Below are positions 1 through 10,519 of a stretch of 64,000 nucleotides of DNA, piece after piece (position 1 is the stretch's first letter; each line of letters starts with the position of its first letter). This DNA is from Alphaproteobacteria bacterium (lineage in GTDB: Bacteria; Pseudomonadota; Alphaproteobacteria; MPNO01; UBA830), in contig OZ251539.1 in assembly GCA_965243135.1 (NCBI GenBank), forward strand, positions 5,824,001-5,888,000, written 5' to 3'. The position numbers were made by a program, and so were the translations under genes. The notes beneath the pieces are model-generated. The model was not told the DNA's origin and searched no databases. It saw nothing but the letters and a program-made list of their open reading frames with translations.

Positions 1-282
1 GTCCATCTCGACCGCAGGCAGAAGCCGCACTGGTGCGTGGAAGTCAAATGGTTGGACCGGTGCGTTCAACGCCCTGAAGAATTGAGAAGTTTGAGCGACT
101 TCGCGAACCGGCATCCCGGCGCCAAGCCGCTTGTCACAACGCGTACGCTGATTGAAAAAGAAGCGCGATGGCCCGGAGAAACCCGTTTGGATTTCTTGCC
201 GACCAGCCTTTACTGCTATCTGATTGGACGCGCGGCGATTCGCGATCCGTCCGCTGATGGAGCGTGGACGGTCGGCGACTAG
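1..282 (+). CDS. 3' end of probable AAA_14/DUF4143 ATP-binding protein (runs in from window edge)
   Basis: Frame 1 is open from base 1: VHLDRRQKPHWCVEVKWLDR, an 'VEVK' PD-(D/E)XK-like tail typical of this family. Confidence 0.55.
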   Translation, partial: VHLDRRQKPHWCVEVKWLDRCVQRPEELRSLSDFANRHPGAKPLVTTRTLIEKEARWPGETRLDFLPTSLYCYLIGRAAIRDPSADGAWTVGD

Positions 283-924
283 CATCCGCGGTCGCGGCGC
301 CGCCGCTCGCGTCCGGAAAACGCCAAACCTCGCGCGCTTCCTCGAAGGAAGCGCCCGGAACCGGATTCGGCGTTTTGCAGCGCACGGCACCGGAGGAGGG
401 CCGACAGCTTTCGACGGCGCCGTCGCAGCGTAGCCAGCTTCGTGGTTCCCGTTCGTTCGATCCGGGTGCGCAACTATCCGGGGTCGCCGACCCGCCGTTT
501 CGCGGCGTTTCTTTCGCGGCCGCACGCGGGGTTCGGAAGCGCGGCGGCGAGGACCGCCCGGTTTTCGTCCTGGCCGCTCGCGTCCGAATCCGGAACGGTT
601 CTCCGGGGCGCGGTGGAATCAAGTCGCGCGCTGCGCGAAGTGAGCGAGAGCGCAGCCGCCGGCCAGCCCGGAGTTGGCGTAGCGGTTGCGCATCCACGCT
701 TCGGTCGTCCGCGTTGTGCGCCGGGGCCGCAGTGACGTTTTGCCATGATCGACGTCCCATCCGCGAACGCCGCTGCGGCCGTTTTCCGGCGGAAGGGCAG
801 CGCAAGATGACCGGCCGGGCCGACGGCCTCGGCGCGGATGTCGCGCTGTTGACCGGCACGGTGGATTTTCTATTCTTGCGCGCGACGGCCGCTTGGGCCG
901 AATTCCACAAGGCGAGAGAAGGAA

Positions 925-1533
925 ATGAAGCTTTACTTCACAAGGGGAGCGTGCTCGTTCGGTCCTCATATGGTCGTTCGCGAGCTCGACGCCGACTGCG
1001 AGCTGGCGGCGGTGAACCTGCAGGAGAAAACCCTGCCCGACGGCAGCGATTTTCGGGCCGTCAATCCGAAGGGCTACGTGCCGTTTCTTCAGACGGACGA
1101 CGTCGGAGGGATCAGCGAATGCAGCGTCATACTTCAGTACCTCGCGGATCGTCATCCGGACAGCGGCCTCGCGCCGTCCGCCGAAACGCCCGACCGGTAC
1201 AGGTTGCAGGAGTGGCTGAGCTTCATCGGCCTCGAGCTGCACAAGACCCTGCCTCCGCTTTTTCTGCCCGGGATTCCGGACGAATATCGCTCGATCGCGC
1301 GCGGCCGGGTTACGCAGCGGCTCGGCTATCTCGACTCCGGACTCGAGGGCCGGAATTACCTGATGGGCGACGCATTCAGCGTAGCTGACGCCTACGCCTG
1401 CGCCGTGCTCAACTGGACCAAGCCCGCGAAATACGACCTGTCTGCCCACCCCAATGTCGCCGCATATTTTGACCGGCTGCGCGGCCGGGACAGCTACGCC
1501 GCCGTTCGCGCCGCGGAGGCGGCTGCCGCGTAA
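925..1533 (+). CDS. gstA: Glutathione S-transferase (GstA/beta class)
   Basis: MKLYFTRGACS N-terminus, NPKGYVP, SEC..ILQYLAD, FSVADAY. Confidence 0.9.
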   Translation: MKLYFTRGACSFGPHMVVRELDADCELAAVNLQEKTLPDGSDFRAVNPKGYVPFLQTDDVGGISECSVILQYLADRHPDSGLAPSAETPDRYRLQEWLSFIGLELHKTLPPLFLPGIPDEYRSIARGRVTQRLGYLDSGLEGRNYLMGDAFSVADAYACAVLNWTKPAKYDLSAHPNVAAYFDRLRGRDSYAAVRAAEAAAA

Positions 1534-1912
1534 GCGGCGCCGTCGTTCAGGAGAGGGAGGAAGCCGGGTAAAACGGAGGCCCGCGAAGGATCCGGGGATG
1601 GATTTGGCTTGAGTCGCGCCGCCGGGCCGCATGCTTCCTTCCCGGATGCGCGGCAAAGCGACGGTTTCCGTGGGCCGGGCGGCGAGGCGTTCGCGGTACG
1701 GAAGGCGTAGCTTGGGGCGAATTCTCAAGCCGTCTTCGCCGCTTATGGCGTCGAATCAGGAGATTTCAGCCGACCCATGCAATCCTTTGGCAGCGCTGAT
1801 TCCCGATTGGTCGCTGTAGCGAGATAACTTGGTGCGTCACTTGGGCAACGATGGGCAGTGCGCGCGTTCGCGATGAACGAGCGCGGTGACTTGACTGAAA
1901 CGCGAGAGACAC

Positions 1913-3025
1913 ATGGGCGCGCACCTCGTCGAAACGCGACTGGACGAGAGAACCATCAGGGAATTGGACGGATGGCGGACCAAGCAAACGCCGTCGCCGT
2001 CCAGATCTGAAGCCGTTCGCCTGCTGCTGGAGGAGAGGCTTCGCGACGAGCGCCGGAAACGACAAGGCGCGTTCTCGTCGAGTTTCGGGCGCCGCCCCAC
2101 GGCGGACAAGCTGGGGGCCCTGTGCGCTTTGGACCGGGTGTCCGGCTTCGGTCCCGTGAAGTTCCGGGAGATGCATGACGCCGGCGTGGACCCCCGGGAA
2201 GCGATCGAGCGCCCTGAGTCGCTCCCGTTCGGCGGACGCGCGGGAGACAAGCTCCGCGCTGCGATCCGCGCTCTTTCGCCCGCCGACATCGCCGCCGGAC
2301 GCTCTCGCGCTGAAGAGCAGCTTAAGCGTGCGGAAAATTGCTCCGCTGCGATTCTCGTCCACGGCGATGCGGAGTTTCCCGAGCGCGTATACGCCAGCAA
2401 CAATCCCGTACCGATCCTCTATGTCCGCGGCGACCCCGCGGTCTGGGCTACCGGGGGTTCCGTCGCGGTCGTAGGTTCGCGAAACACGCGCGACCCGTAC
2501 GCGAGCGGCGCCCGGAAGTTCGCGACGGCCGCAACGCGCAAGGGGTTGGCCATCGTGTCGGGCTTTGCGGTCGGCGCCGATTCCATCGGACATATTGCGG
2601 CCCGGGATGCGGACGGAAGCACGGTCTGCGTCATGCCCTGCGGACTGGACAAGGTATTTCCGCCGGAGAACCGGAGTTTGTGGGAGGAGTTGCTTGCTTA
2701 CCCTGGAGCTGTCTTCGTCAGCGAGTTCGGCTTCGGGCAGCGCGCGTCGTCGTTGCAACTGCGAAAGCGCAACAAGCTTATCGTAGCGTTCGCGCAAGGC
2801 GTTCTGGTCGCTCAATCGGCGGTCGACGGCGGCGCGATGAACGCTTACCGTTTCGCGCTCGAGCAGAAGAAGCCTGTCGCCACGTTCAGCCCCGACGGAT
2901 CGAAGGACACGACCGGCAATGCGGTGATCGGGGAAGACTCGCGGACAGGCGGGTGCATTTTCGAGTCGATCGTCGGCGAGTCGCAGTACGAAACTTGGCT
3001 CGACGGACTCTCCTCCTGGATCTAG
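1913..3025 (+). CDS. DprA/SMF (SLOG) family protein with N-terminal ribbon-helix-helix-like domain
   Basis: PILYVRG, VAVVGSR, IVSGFAVGADSIGH, RNKLI, GGAMNA motifs; N-terminal RELDGWR...PSRSEAVRLLLEE is CopG/RHH-like. Confidence 0.8.
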   Translation: MGAHLVETRLDERTIRELDGWRTKQTPSPSRSEAVRLLLEERLRDERRKRQGAFSSSFGRRPTADKLGALCALDRVSGFGPVKFREMHDAGVDPREAIERPESLPFGGRAGDKLRAAIRALSPADIAAGRSRAEEQLKRAENCSAAILVHGDAEFPERVYASNNPVPILYVRGDPAVWATGGSVAVVGSRNTRDPYASGARKFATAATRKGLAIVSGFAVGADSIGHIAARDADGSTVCVMPCGLDKVFPPENRSLWEELLAYPGAVFVSEFGFGQRASSLQLRKRNKLIVAFAQGVLVAQSAVDGGAMNAYRFALEQKKPVATFSPDGSKDTTGNAVIGEDSRTGGCIFESIVGESQYETWLDGLSSWI

Positions 3026-3200
3026 ACGGCACGCTCCGGGACAGACGTCCGTGGTATGCCGAGGGCGCAACCGACCGGCGGTTCGGCATCGCGATGCGAA
3101 CGCGCTCTCGAGAAGGGGACGGGCATTGTGCAGTCGCTGCAGCGGCGCGGATCGCTTCGCCAGGGCGGCGAAAGAAGGCGCACAGTGGCAAGGATGCGCA
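2995..3200 (+). pseudogene. HAD-family hydrolase remnant overlapping the dprA-like stop
   Basis: TTG start reads LARRTLLLDLDGTLRDRRPWYAE (HAD motif I DxDGTL), then the sequence degenerates; end approximate. Confidence 0.55.
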
Positions 3201-3665
3201 ACTGCGCAATTCGTGGTCCAGTGCGCTATGGGCGGACGTCCCATGCGGACAGGCTGCTGCCGGTGGACGGGGTGATTACCAAGGGAAGCGCTGTGTTGCA
3301 CGGCCTCGAGGCGATCCGCCAGCAGAGATCGGAGACGAAATGGCGGTGACGAGCGACGGTCAGTGCTTTTGTAAGTGACCGTCGTGCGGCCGTGCGGTTG
3401 ACGACGGCATCATTGCCACCGCTTGTCGACGCATTCGTCTTAAGGTTGGCATCAGCGGCCGCCAGTTGCGCCGGACCGCTGGACAATCGGGCCCGACTTC
3501 GGGTTGACGGTCGCGCTCTATGCCGGTTGGGTGCAGGCGCCAGCTCGAGCGTAGCTCCTGCTTCGAACGCCCTCCGGGCCGGAAGTCGGAGCCGCCCGGC
3601 TGGCTTGCCTCTCGAAACGCTTCAGGGATCGCGATCGTCGCCTTCGGGAACCGACGCGCCACGAG

Positions 3666-4223
3666 TCACGGTTCGACAGGGCTTTCCGGGTGACGCGCCG
3701 TGGCGCGCGGCTTGCGTCCGTGAATCATCGATGCGACCAGGTTTTCCCCTTGGCGGACGGAAGTGAAGACCACGCCCGCCACATGAACGCAGGCCAGAAG
3801 GATCAGGAGATCGGCCGCCGTTCCGTGAATCGCCTCCATCCAAGCCAGTCCCCAGAACCGGTCGGTCGTATACAGCCACCCGGACGCGCCTGCGACGAAG
3901 CCCGTTCCCAGAAGAGCGACGATCATCCAGCCGCCCAACGGGTTATGGCCGAGATAGCGAGGTTCGGATCCTGACAGGACGCGGCGCGCATATGCCAGCG
4001 TCGCCGCCGGGCTGGCGACGAAACTGCCGAACCTGTCCTGTCGGCGTCCGGCGCAACCGATGAGAAATCGCGAAAACGCCAGCGCCAGCACGGCGTAACC
4101 CGCTCCGTCGTGCAACCATGAAGGTCCATGAGGCGTCAGCCACGAGACCGCGACGGAACAGGCGAGGCCCCAATGGATCAGCCGGATCGTCGGCGTCCAG
4201 ATTTTCGGATTGCCGGAGCCCAT
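3666..4223 (-). CDS. Cytochrome b (Ni/Fe-hydrogenase b-type/b561-like) membrane protein
   Basis: IRLIHWGLA, GHNPLGG, conserved His in TM helices, ENLVASMIHGRK. Confidence 0.85.
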   Translation of the reverse strand: MGSGNPKIWTPTIRLIHWGLACSVAVSWLTPHGPSWLHDGAGYAVLALAFSRFLIGCAGRRQDRFGSFVASPAATLAYARRVLSGSEPRYLGHNPLGGWMIVALLGTGFVAGASGWLYTTDRFWGLAWMEAIHGTAADLLILLACVHVAGVVFTSVRQGENLVASMIHGRKPRATARHPESPVEP

Positions 4224-4229
4224 GCGGCG

Positions 4230-4502
4230 TCATCGGGTGCTGGTAAAGACGTTCTCCAGCGTGACTGGGTGGAAATACGCCTCGACCCGTTGTCCGTTCG
4301 GATCCAGGGCGTAGACTTCCCAACAGCCTCCGTCTTCCTTGATTCGGCGGACCGTCCAGCCTTTCTCCGTCAAGCGCTCTTTCAGCTGTTCGTCGGATTG
4401 CCAGTTTTCGCGAGGCCCTGAATCGCAGGTGTGCAGGCCGGTTGCCGCGGCGGGCGCGGCCAACGTCAGGGCGATGCCGCAGGCAAGAAAAGTCGCTCTC
4501 AT
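4230..4502 (-). CDS. PepSY_2 domain secreted protein
   Basis: Signal peptide, GWTVRRIKEDGGCWEVYA...VEAYFHPVTLE; usual partner of the adjacent cytochrome b. Confidence 0.85.
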   Translation of the reverse strand: MRATFLACGIALTLAAPAAATGLHTCDSGPRENWQSDEQLKERLTEKGWTVRRIKEDGGCWEVYALDPNGQRVEAYFHPVTLENVFTSTR

Positions 4503-5087
4503 CTTTTGCGTTTCCGTTGGTGGCGCGAACGTCGCGAAGGAATCACGCGGGAGAGGCGCGTTTTCCGCCGCTCGGCCGCTTTCCGTCGAACGACCGTACG
4601 GCGGTTCGTGCCGGGCGGAGGCGTCCATCCCGCTGCCGTCGCCGGAACGTCGCGGCGATGGCGGCTTCTTCCAGTTTGGGTCGCCGATTTTCCGGCAAGG
4701 CTGGCTGCGCCCCTGCCGGCAAGGTGCCGCCTGGCCGCGACGGTTGCAGCGTCTGGCCGTCCGCATCGTTCGCGGGAGGTCGGCGACGCTGGTCGGAAAG
4801 ATTTTGCCTGTAGCCCGCCTGCCGCTCCGCTGCGGAGAACGGGCGGCCGGCGCGACAAACCGCGGGCCGAAACGCGGAAGAAGCTTCTTGACGGCTGGCC
4901 GCGGCATGTTTTCCCGCCTTCGGAAGCTTCCGACGATGCAGTCGCGCACGGATTTCGGGCGCCGGGCCGCTTCTGCGTCAAACCGTTCTGTCGCCGGATG
5001 CGCCATGAGTTCGCGCCGTGCGGCGAGGATGCGTTCGAGGACGGGAAAGGCCGGGAGCGCAAGCCTGTCCGAAGAGGCTCGCCTCGT

Positions 5088-6050
5088 TCAGAGCCGCGGA
5101 GCTTCTTCGGCAGCGTAGTCGAAATAAGCCGAGGTCACGAGATCGTGGAAAGTCCGGCAATGCTCCAGGAACTGCGGAAGGAGCGCTTCCCTGTCGTTCC
5201 GGTCGGGCCACTCGAAGCGGACCAACGCGCGGAGCCGCCCCGCAAGCCGTCTCGCCGCGTCGCCGGTTCTTGGCACCGGGTCCGGAGCCATGGCGTCCAG
5301 CGTTTCGGCGGCCGTATCGAGCGAACGGCATAGCGAACGGGGCAGCAGGCGATCGGTGACGAGCAGATCCAGAATTCTGTGCGGCCGGATCTCGACGCCG
5401 TAGCGGCCGCTGTAGGCGTCGAAAGCCTGATAGGCTCGAAGAAGATCCGTCCAGTCGGAATCGAGGGATTCGTCGCGCGCGGCGGCAAGCTGGGCGAGCA
5501 ACAGCGCGCTCAGAAGCTGGGCGCGCTCGATGGCTCGCCCAAGCTGCATGAAATGCCACCCCTCGTCGCGGTACATCGTGGTCTCCGCGACGCCCATGAA
5601 GGTGTCTATGTCCCGCGCCGTTTCCGCATAGAAGTTCTCGGGAGACGCCTTCCAGATGTCCTGGATGGCAAGGTCGCGGATTCGCAGATACGAGAGGTTC
5701 AGACTGGTCCACATCTCCCTGCTGATGCAGTGCCGCATCTGCCGGGCGTTTTCCCTGCCCATGGAGAAACAGCTCAGCACGGCGTCGGGGTTCATCCGAT
5801 CGAAAGTGAGGTTGTCGGCCAGCGTATAGGAGTCGGCGAGCGTGTATTCGTCGTCTCCGTGGAAATCGAGATCGCCGACCGGCGGTTGCCGGTTCAGATT
5901 GCCGTAGATTCGGCTCCATCCGAAGTGAATTTCCCGCAGCGGACGGTCCACCAAGGCTTCCACCTGCAGTCGCAGCAGGCGGCAGACATGCTCGGCCCGC
6001 TCAAGATAGCGACCCATCCAATAGAGGCCTTCTGCGTTGCGGGAAAGCAT
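5088..6050 (-). CDS. Alpha-E domain protein
   Basis: MLSRNAEGLYWMGRYLERAE, RENARQMR, QLGRAIERA, LPRSL. Confidence 0.9.
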   Translation of the reverse strand: MLSRNAEGLYWMGRYLERAEHVCRLLRLQVEALVDRPLREIHFGWSRIYGNLNRQPPVGDLDFHGDDEYTLADSYTLADNLTFDRMNPDAVLSCFSMGRENARQMRHCISREMWTSLNLSYLRIRDLAIQDIWKASPENFYAETARDIDTFMGVAETTMYRDEGWHFMQLGRAIERAQLLSALLLAQLAAARDESLDSDWTDLLRAYQAFDAYSGRYGVEIRPHRILDLLVTDRLLPRSLCRSLDTAAETLDAMAPDPVPRTGDAARRLAGRLRALVRFEWPDRNDREALLPQFLEHCRTFHDLVTSAYFDYAAEEAPRL

Positions 6051-7484
6051 TCAGTCCTCGAGCACCCAGACGTCCTTGCCGCCGCCGCCCTGACTCGAGT
6101 TCACGATCAGGCTGCCGCGTTGCAGCGCGACCCGGCAGAACGCGCCCGGCACGAGCCGGGTCTCTCGTCCGCGCAGCACGAACGGGCGGAGATCCACGTG
6201 GCGCGGCTCGAAACGTCCCTCGATCAGGCAAGGCGCCCGGGAAAGGCCGAGCACCGGCTGGGCGATGAAGTCGGACGGATCGGCCCGGATCTCCGCCGCA
6301 TAGGCGTTTCGTTCAGCGGGCGCGGCATGCGGTCCGACCAGCATGCCGTAGCCCCCCGAGCCGCCCACGCGTTTCACCACCAGCTTGTCGAGGTTGTCCA
6401 GAGTGTATTCGAGATCCTCCGGCCGACGGCACAACCGGGTCTCCACGTTGTCGAGAAGCGGCTCCTCTCCCAGATAGTACCGGATCATGTCGGGCACGAA
6501 AGCATAGACGCCCTTGTCGTCGGCGACGCCGGTTCCCGGCGCATTCGCCAGCGCGACGTTCCCGAGTTCGCAGACGCGCAGCAGTCCGGGCACGCCGAGC
6601 AGGGAATCCGGACGGAAGACGAGCGGATCCAGGAAGTCGTCGTCCACGCGGCGATAGATCACGTCGACGCGCCGCAGCCCCGTCGTGGTTCGCATGTAGA
6701 CGAAACCGTCCTTGACCAGAAGATCGCGGCCTTCGACGAGCGCGGCGCCGATCTCCCGCGCCAGGAACACATGCTCGTAGAATGCGGAATTGTAGACCCC
6801 GGGAGTTAGCAGCGCGATGACGGGCTCGGTTCGGCCGTCGGGAGCGAGTTCGCGCAGGGTCTCCCTCAGAAGCCTTCCGTAGTGTTCGACCCCTCGCACC
6901 CGGCAGCTTCGGTAAAGGCGGCGCAGGCTGGCCTTGACCGCCATTCGGTTGGCGATCATGTACGACACGCCGGAAGGCACGCGCAGATTGTCTTCGAGCA
7001 CCAGAAAACCGTCGTTGGTGCGCACGAGATCCGTGCCGCATATCGCGACCCAGCATCCGTCCGGCACCTCGACGCTTCGCATCTGGACGCGGTACTGCGG
7101 ACATCCGTAAACGATGTCGCCCGGAACGACGCCGTCGGAGACGATTCGTCCGGCGCCGTAGATGTCGTCCAGGAAGCGGTTCAGCGCGTCGAGCCTTTGA
7201 GCCAGTCCCGCCTCCAGTTGCTTCCATTCCGACCCCGGGATGATCCTGGGCAGGCAATCGACGGGAATGATGCGTTCCTCGGCTTCGCTCTCGCCGTAGA
7301 CGGTGAAGGAAATTCCCTCGTTCGCGAAGGCGCGGGTGACTCTTTCCTGGATGCCGTTGAGTTCGTCGTTCGATAACCGGCGCAGCGCATCGTGAAGGCG
7401 TCCGCTGTGTTCGCGCGCCTCGCCGTCAGGCTGGAACATCTCGTCGTAGATGGCGGCATCGAGTTCGTAGGCGTCGAAGTCCAT
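6051..7484 (-). CDS. Circularly permuted type 2 ATP-grasp protein
   Basis: LEDNLRVPSGVSY, VDVIYRRVDDDFLDP, GVADDK, SGGYGM, VNSSQGGGGKDVWV; start taken at MDFDAY. Confidence 0.92.
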   Translation of the reverse strand: MDFDAYELDAAIYDEMFQPDGEAREHSGRLHDALRRLSNDELNGIQERVTRAFANEGISFTVYGESEAEERIIPVDCLPRIIPGSEWKQLEAGLAQRLDALNRFLDDIYGAGRIVSDGVVPGDIVYGCPQYRVQMRSVEVPDGCWVAICGTDLVRTNDGFLVLEDNLRVPSGVSYMIANRMAVKASLRRLYRSCRVRGVEHYGRLLRETLRELAPDGRTEPVIALLTPGVYNSAFYEHVFLAREIGAALVEGRDLLVKDGFVYMRTTTGLRRVDVIYRRVDDDFLDPLVFRPDSLLGVPGLLRVCELGNVALANAPGTGVADDKGVYAFVPDMIRYYLGEEPLLDNVETRLCRRPEDLEYTLDNLDKLVVKRVGGSGGYGMLVGPHAAPAERNAYAAEIRADPSDFIAQPVLGLSRAPCLIEGRFEPRHVDLRPFVLRGRETRLVPGAFCRVALQRGSLIVNSSQGGGGKDVWVLED

Positions 7485-7607
7485 GTGCTTGCCTTGCGGA
7501 AGACTCTTTGCGCGGGGGCACCGCCGACCGGATAGCGAACCTATAGCCTGAAACGGTCGGGATTTCACGAGCGGCGCGCGGTTCCCGCGCATTCCGCGGG
7601 GCGGGAT

Positions 7608-7694
7608 TGGTGCGGGCGGGGAGACTCGAACTCCCACTTCCATAAGGAAACCAGATTTTGAGTCTGGCGCGTCTACCGATTCCGCCACGCCCGC
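7608..7694 (-). tRNA. tRNA-Leu(CAA)
   Basis: Reverse complement GCGGGCGTGGCGGAATCGGTAGACGCGCCAGACTCAAAATCTGG...GGGAGTTCGAGTCTCCCCGCCCGCACCA; long variable arm, CAA anticodon, encoded CCA. Confidence 0.95.
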
Positions 7695-7744
7695 CCGACG
7701 GCCGCATTTACGTTAGATCGCGCCTTGCAGTCAAGCGGCGCGCC

Positions 7745-8020
7745 GAACGGGCCGTTTGCGCTGCGTCATTTCTTGTCCGCCCGCCGCCCTGCGGATCGTT
7801 CCGCCCGCCGACAGGTCCGCAAGGGCCGCGCGGACGCTCGGTCTTCAGAACGAAAAGCCCGGTTGCCGCGGCGCCGCAAACCCTGGGCGAGCCGGACCGT
7901 GACGCGGGCGCCGGGTTGCGGTTGTGGAGGAGGCGGTCGGACGACCGCAACGGTCATCCCGTGTCGCGACCCGACCGGCGACCGCCCTGACGTTCTGCCC
8001 GCAGGCAGCCGAGCGCCATC
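7745..8020 (-). mobile_element. IS remnant (3' end of a DDE transposase plus element end), copy 1
   Basis: About 220 bp closely similar to 10592-10812; encodes MALGCLRAERQGGRRS; GCCGTTTGCGCTGCG is shared with ~38990. Confidence 0.6.
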
Positions 8021-8306
8021 GGAGTTGATTAGGGGGAACGAATTAGCCGTGCCGGTTCGGCAATATCGGACTTGCACCCCCCGCGACTTGGCATCGAGCT
8101 TGACGTATGCGCAACTGTCCAAGCTGGAATTTTGCTTGCACGGTCGTTCCCATGGCCCTGATCCAGCGAAGAATGCCTGATATCGCGGCTATCTGACCGC
8201 TTCTCCGCCACGTCCAGAGAATTTTTGCAACCCGGAATCGCCGAATCAGGCACAGAATAGTCGCTCATTTTATGTCGGACACGAACAAATTGGCCGCGAC
8301 CGCGGC

Positions 8307-8747
8307 CTACGCAGTTGAGTGAGGCCGCGGGAGCCACTTCGCACGCTTGGCCAACGCAAGCGCGTGCTGTTTTTGGATGTCTCGCCTTTCCACCTCGGCG
8401 CCGAGAATGGTCAGGACGATGTTCGCATGGTACGGGTTCTTCGGCAGCGGCGAGGCTTCGACGGTCCTTCGACATTCCGCGTCCCCCGACCGCGCGGCAC
8501 CGGCAATGAGCGTGGCTCAACCATAAAACTTAGCCCCCCTCCCTTCTCCCCGAGCGTCCGCCAGCGAGGCCATCGTTTCGACAGGCGCATAGTCCATGCG
8601 GTCCACGGAAACGCAATCGTCCTCCAGACGCGCGAGAAAGACATCTCGAACGATAGTGCCTCTGCGCGCGCGCCTCGCGGCACTGTTGCTGAACACGCTC
8701 CTGCCGAGCATTTCGTCATCTCGGATCGTTTTCTACGGCGCCGCCAT
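8307..8747 (-). pseudogene. Hypothetical toxin-like gene with two in-frame stops
   Basis: One 147-codon frame with TAG at 8733-8735 and TGA at 8517-8519; motifs LGRS, VSVDR, NPYHANI. Confidence 0.55.
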
Positions 8748-8748
8748 C

Positions 8749-9144
8749 TCAGGACTCGCGGCACAGTTCGCGCAACTGGGATCGAACAAAGTCGTCCGGC
8801 AAGTCCCTGGAATCGTCGTAACGAGCTCGTCGGTTTTTCCCTCCGACGCGCGAAAAGCACGCCGCCCCTCCGCCGACTCGGCTTAGCTCGATGACCACGG
8901 CCGACTCCTCGGAGTCGAACTGAATGGCTATATCGCCATCCTGCGTCCCGTACACCGTCGGCACGGCCTCCGGTCCCGCCAATGCAACCACAATCCTGCG
9001 AGCTTCGTCCTTCATCGCGGCGGTGCTTGGCGGCAAGCCGTCCGCCTTCATTTCGTCATCCAATTCGGCAATGTCCCTATACGCCTCAAGGATCCGCTCT
9101 TTGGCGATCCTGTTCCTGGAGCGTGGAGGGGCTACGAGCTGCAT
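8749..9144 (-). CDS. Hypothetical protein (possible antitoxin partner of the downstream pseudogene)
   Basis: Protein-like composition (PTVYGTQDGDIAIQF); stop sits 1 nt before the next ATG. Confidence 0.55.
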   Translation of the reverse strand: MQLVAPPRSRNRIAKERILEAYRDIAELDDEMKADGLPPSTAAMKDEARRIVVALAGPEAVPTVYGTQDGDIAIQFDSEESAVVIELSRVGGGAACFSRVGGKNRRARYDDSRDLPDDFVRSQLRELCRES

Positions 9145-10207
9145 ATCCGAAAATACGCCCCATTCTTCGAATTCAACTTCGCCGGCGCCAACGGGAGCTT
9201 GGCCAGATCGATCATTTTATCCCGCTTCATCTCCACAAAAAAGCCGACGAACGGATGCTCATACTTGAGCGGGGTCTTATGCCCGATAAGCATTTCGTTC
9301 AGCACGGAAGCGGAATGCTTCAACGTAGCGTCCATGCGCTTTTCCCGATCTCTACGCGTGCGTAAAGCAATGGACACTCAAGGTCGAGGCCGATAGCCAA
9401 CTGCATCCAGCCGATTTCGCATCGCCTTCTCCTCGTTTCCTATTTTGCGGTACAAGTCCCACGCTTGGATTAGATGATCGGGGGCATCCGCCGCCATCTC
9501 CATGCAACGCTCAATAGCTTCGACGGCTTTCTCCAGGTCCACGCGCTTCTCGTAGATCGTCGATAGATTGAAGTAGTAGCTCGGGTTCTCCGGGGAAAGC
9601 TCTATCGCCAAGTTTATGCGCCTAGCGCGTCGCCCGTCTCTTCTACGCCCAAATACAGCATCTGTAGTTGGTTGGCTATGGCGGCGCGAAACTCCTTTGA
9701 CCGAGACGCGTCATGAACATGCCGCTCAAGAACTCCCTTCGTCCTATCAAGTCCTTCCCGTTCCTGGTCTGTAGATACGTAGTACTGGACAACGCTTTCG
9801 ATAATGGTCCGGAGCACGGTTTCGTCGGAGATCCCGTCCGAGTCGACGGCATTGAGAAGGGGCTGAATATCGATCCGCGCGCCGACCGCGGCCAGCGCTC
9901 CAGCGGACAGCAGGTATTCCTCGTTCTCGGGACCCAACGTTTGCCGTAGTTCCGGCAGTATCGAGATGGCGGATTGCGTATCTCCGTTCATGAAGGCGTC
10001 TCTGAACGCCCTTCTGGGGTGGCGGAAACCTATCGGATGCACCGAGGGGAGCCGGTCAGTCTCTTTCGCCGTCGCCGAACCGTCCTGGGCCAAGCGTTCT
10101 TGGCGCGACTGTCGTCCCGGATCGCGCTCTTGCTTATTCCGCGCGGCCAGAACGGTGACCGTCCATCCCAGAACCAGGACAGCGACGGTCAACCCGGTCA
10201 CTGACAT
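9132..10207 (-). pseudogene. Membrane-anchored TPR protein, fragmented
   Basis: N-terminal TM, helical body, then frame break near 9612 into LAIELSPENPSYYFNLSTIYEKRVDLEKAVEAIE (TPR); further fragment 9132-9377. Confidence 0.55.
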
Positions 10208-10519
10208 TACAGGGAGCCAGTCCCTCGTCTCCTCCGGTTCGTGTTCTTGTCGCGCATTCTTTGCGATACCCGCCCTAATCAACTCCGTGGATGGCCTGCC
10301 TGACGGCACCGCGCCGCAGCCACTCCGTGGTCGGCGTGACGGCATGGCCCGACGACCACAGGGCAAGACCGGCGAAACGCCGGTCCTCGTCGGACTTCTC
10401 GACCCGCTACGTTTCGTCCTCCTTCATTCCCGCGTGCGATCTTGCGCCGCCTCTCGTTTCCGCTCAGGTCTTGGCACCGTCACCCACAGAAGATCAATAA
10501 TGCACCGTCCGCGCCCTTT

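Noticed and set aside
283-900. Intergenic stretches 283-900, 27940-28420 and 29050-29700 as ncRNA or IS
   Set aside because: No recognisable motif, repeat or convincing structure by eye
6051-7688. ATP-grasp ORF starting at 7688
   Set aside because: The extension runs through tRNA-Leu; the real start is at 7484
8307-8747. Stop-codon recoding (TGA=Trp or Sec)
   Set aside because: TGA is the ordinary terminator of many genes here, and the same ORF also has an internal TAG
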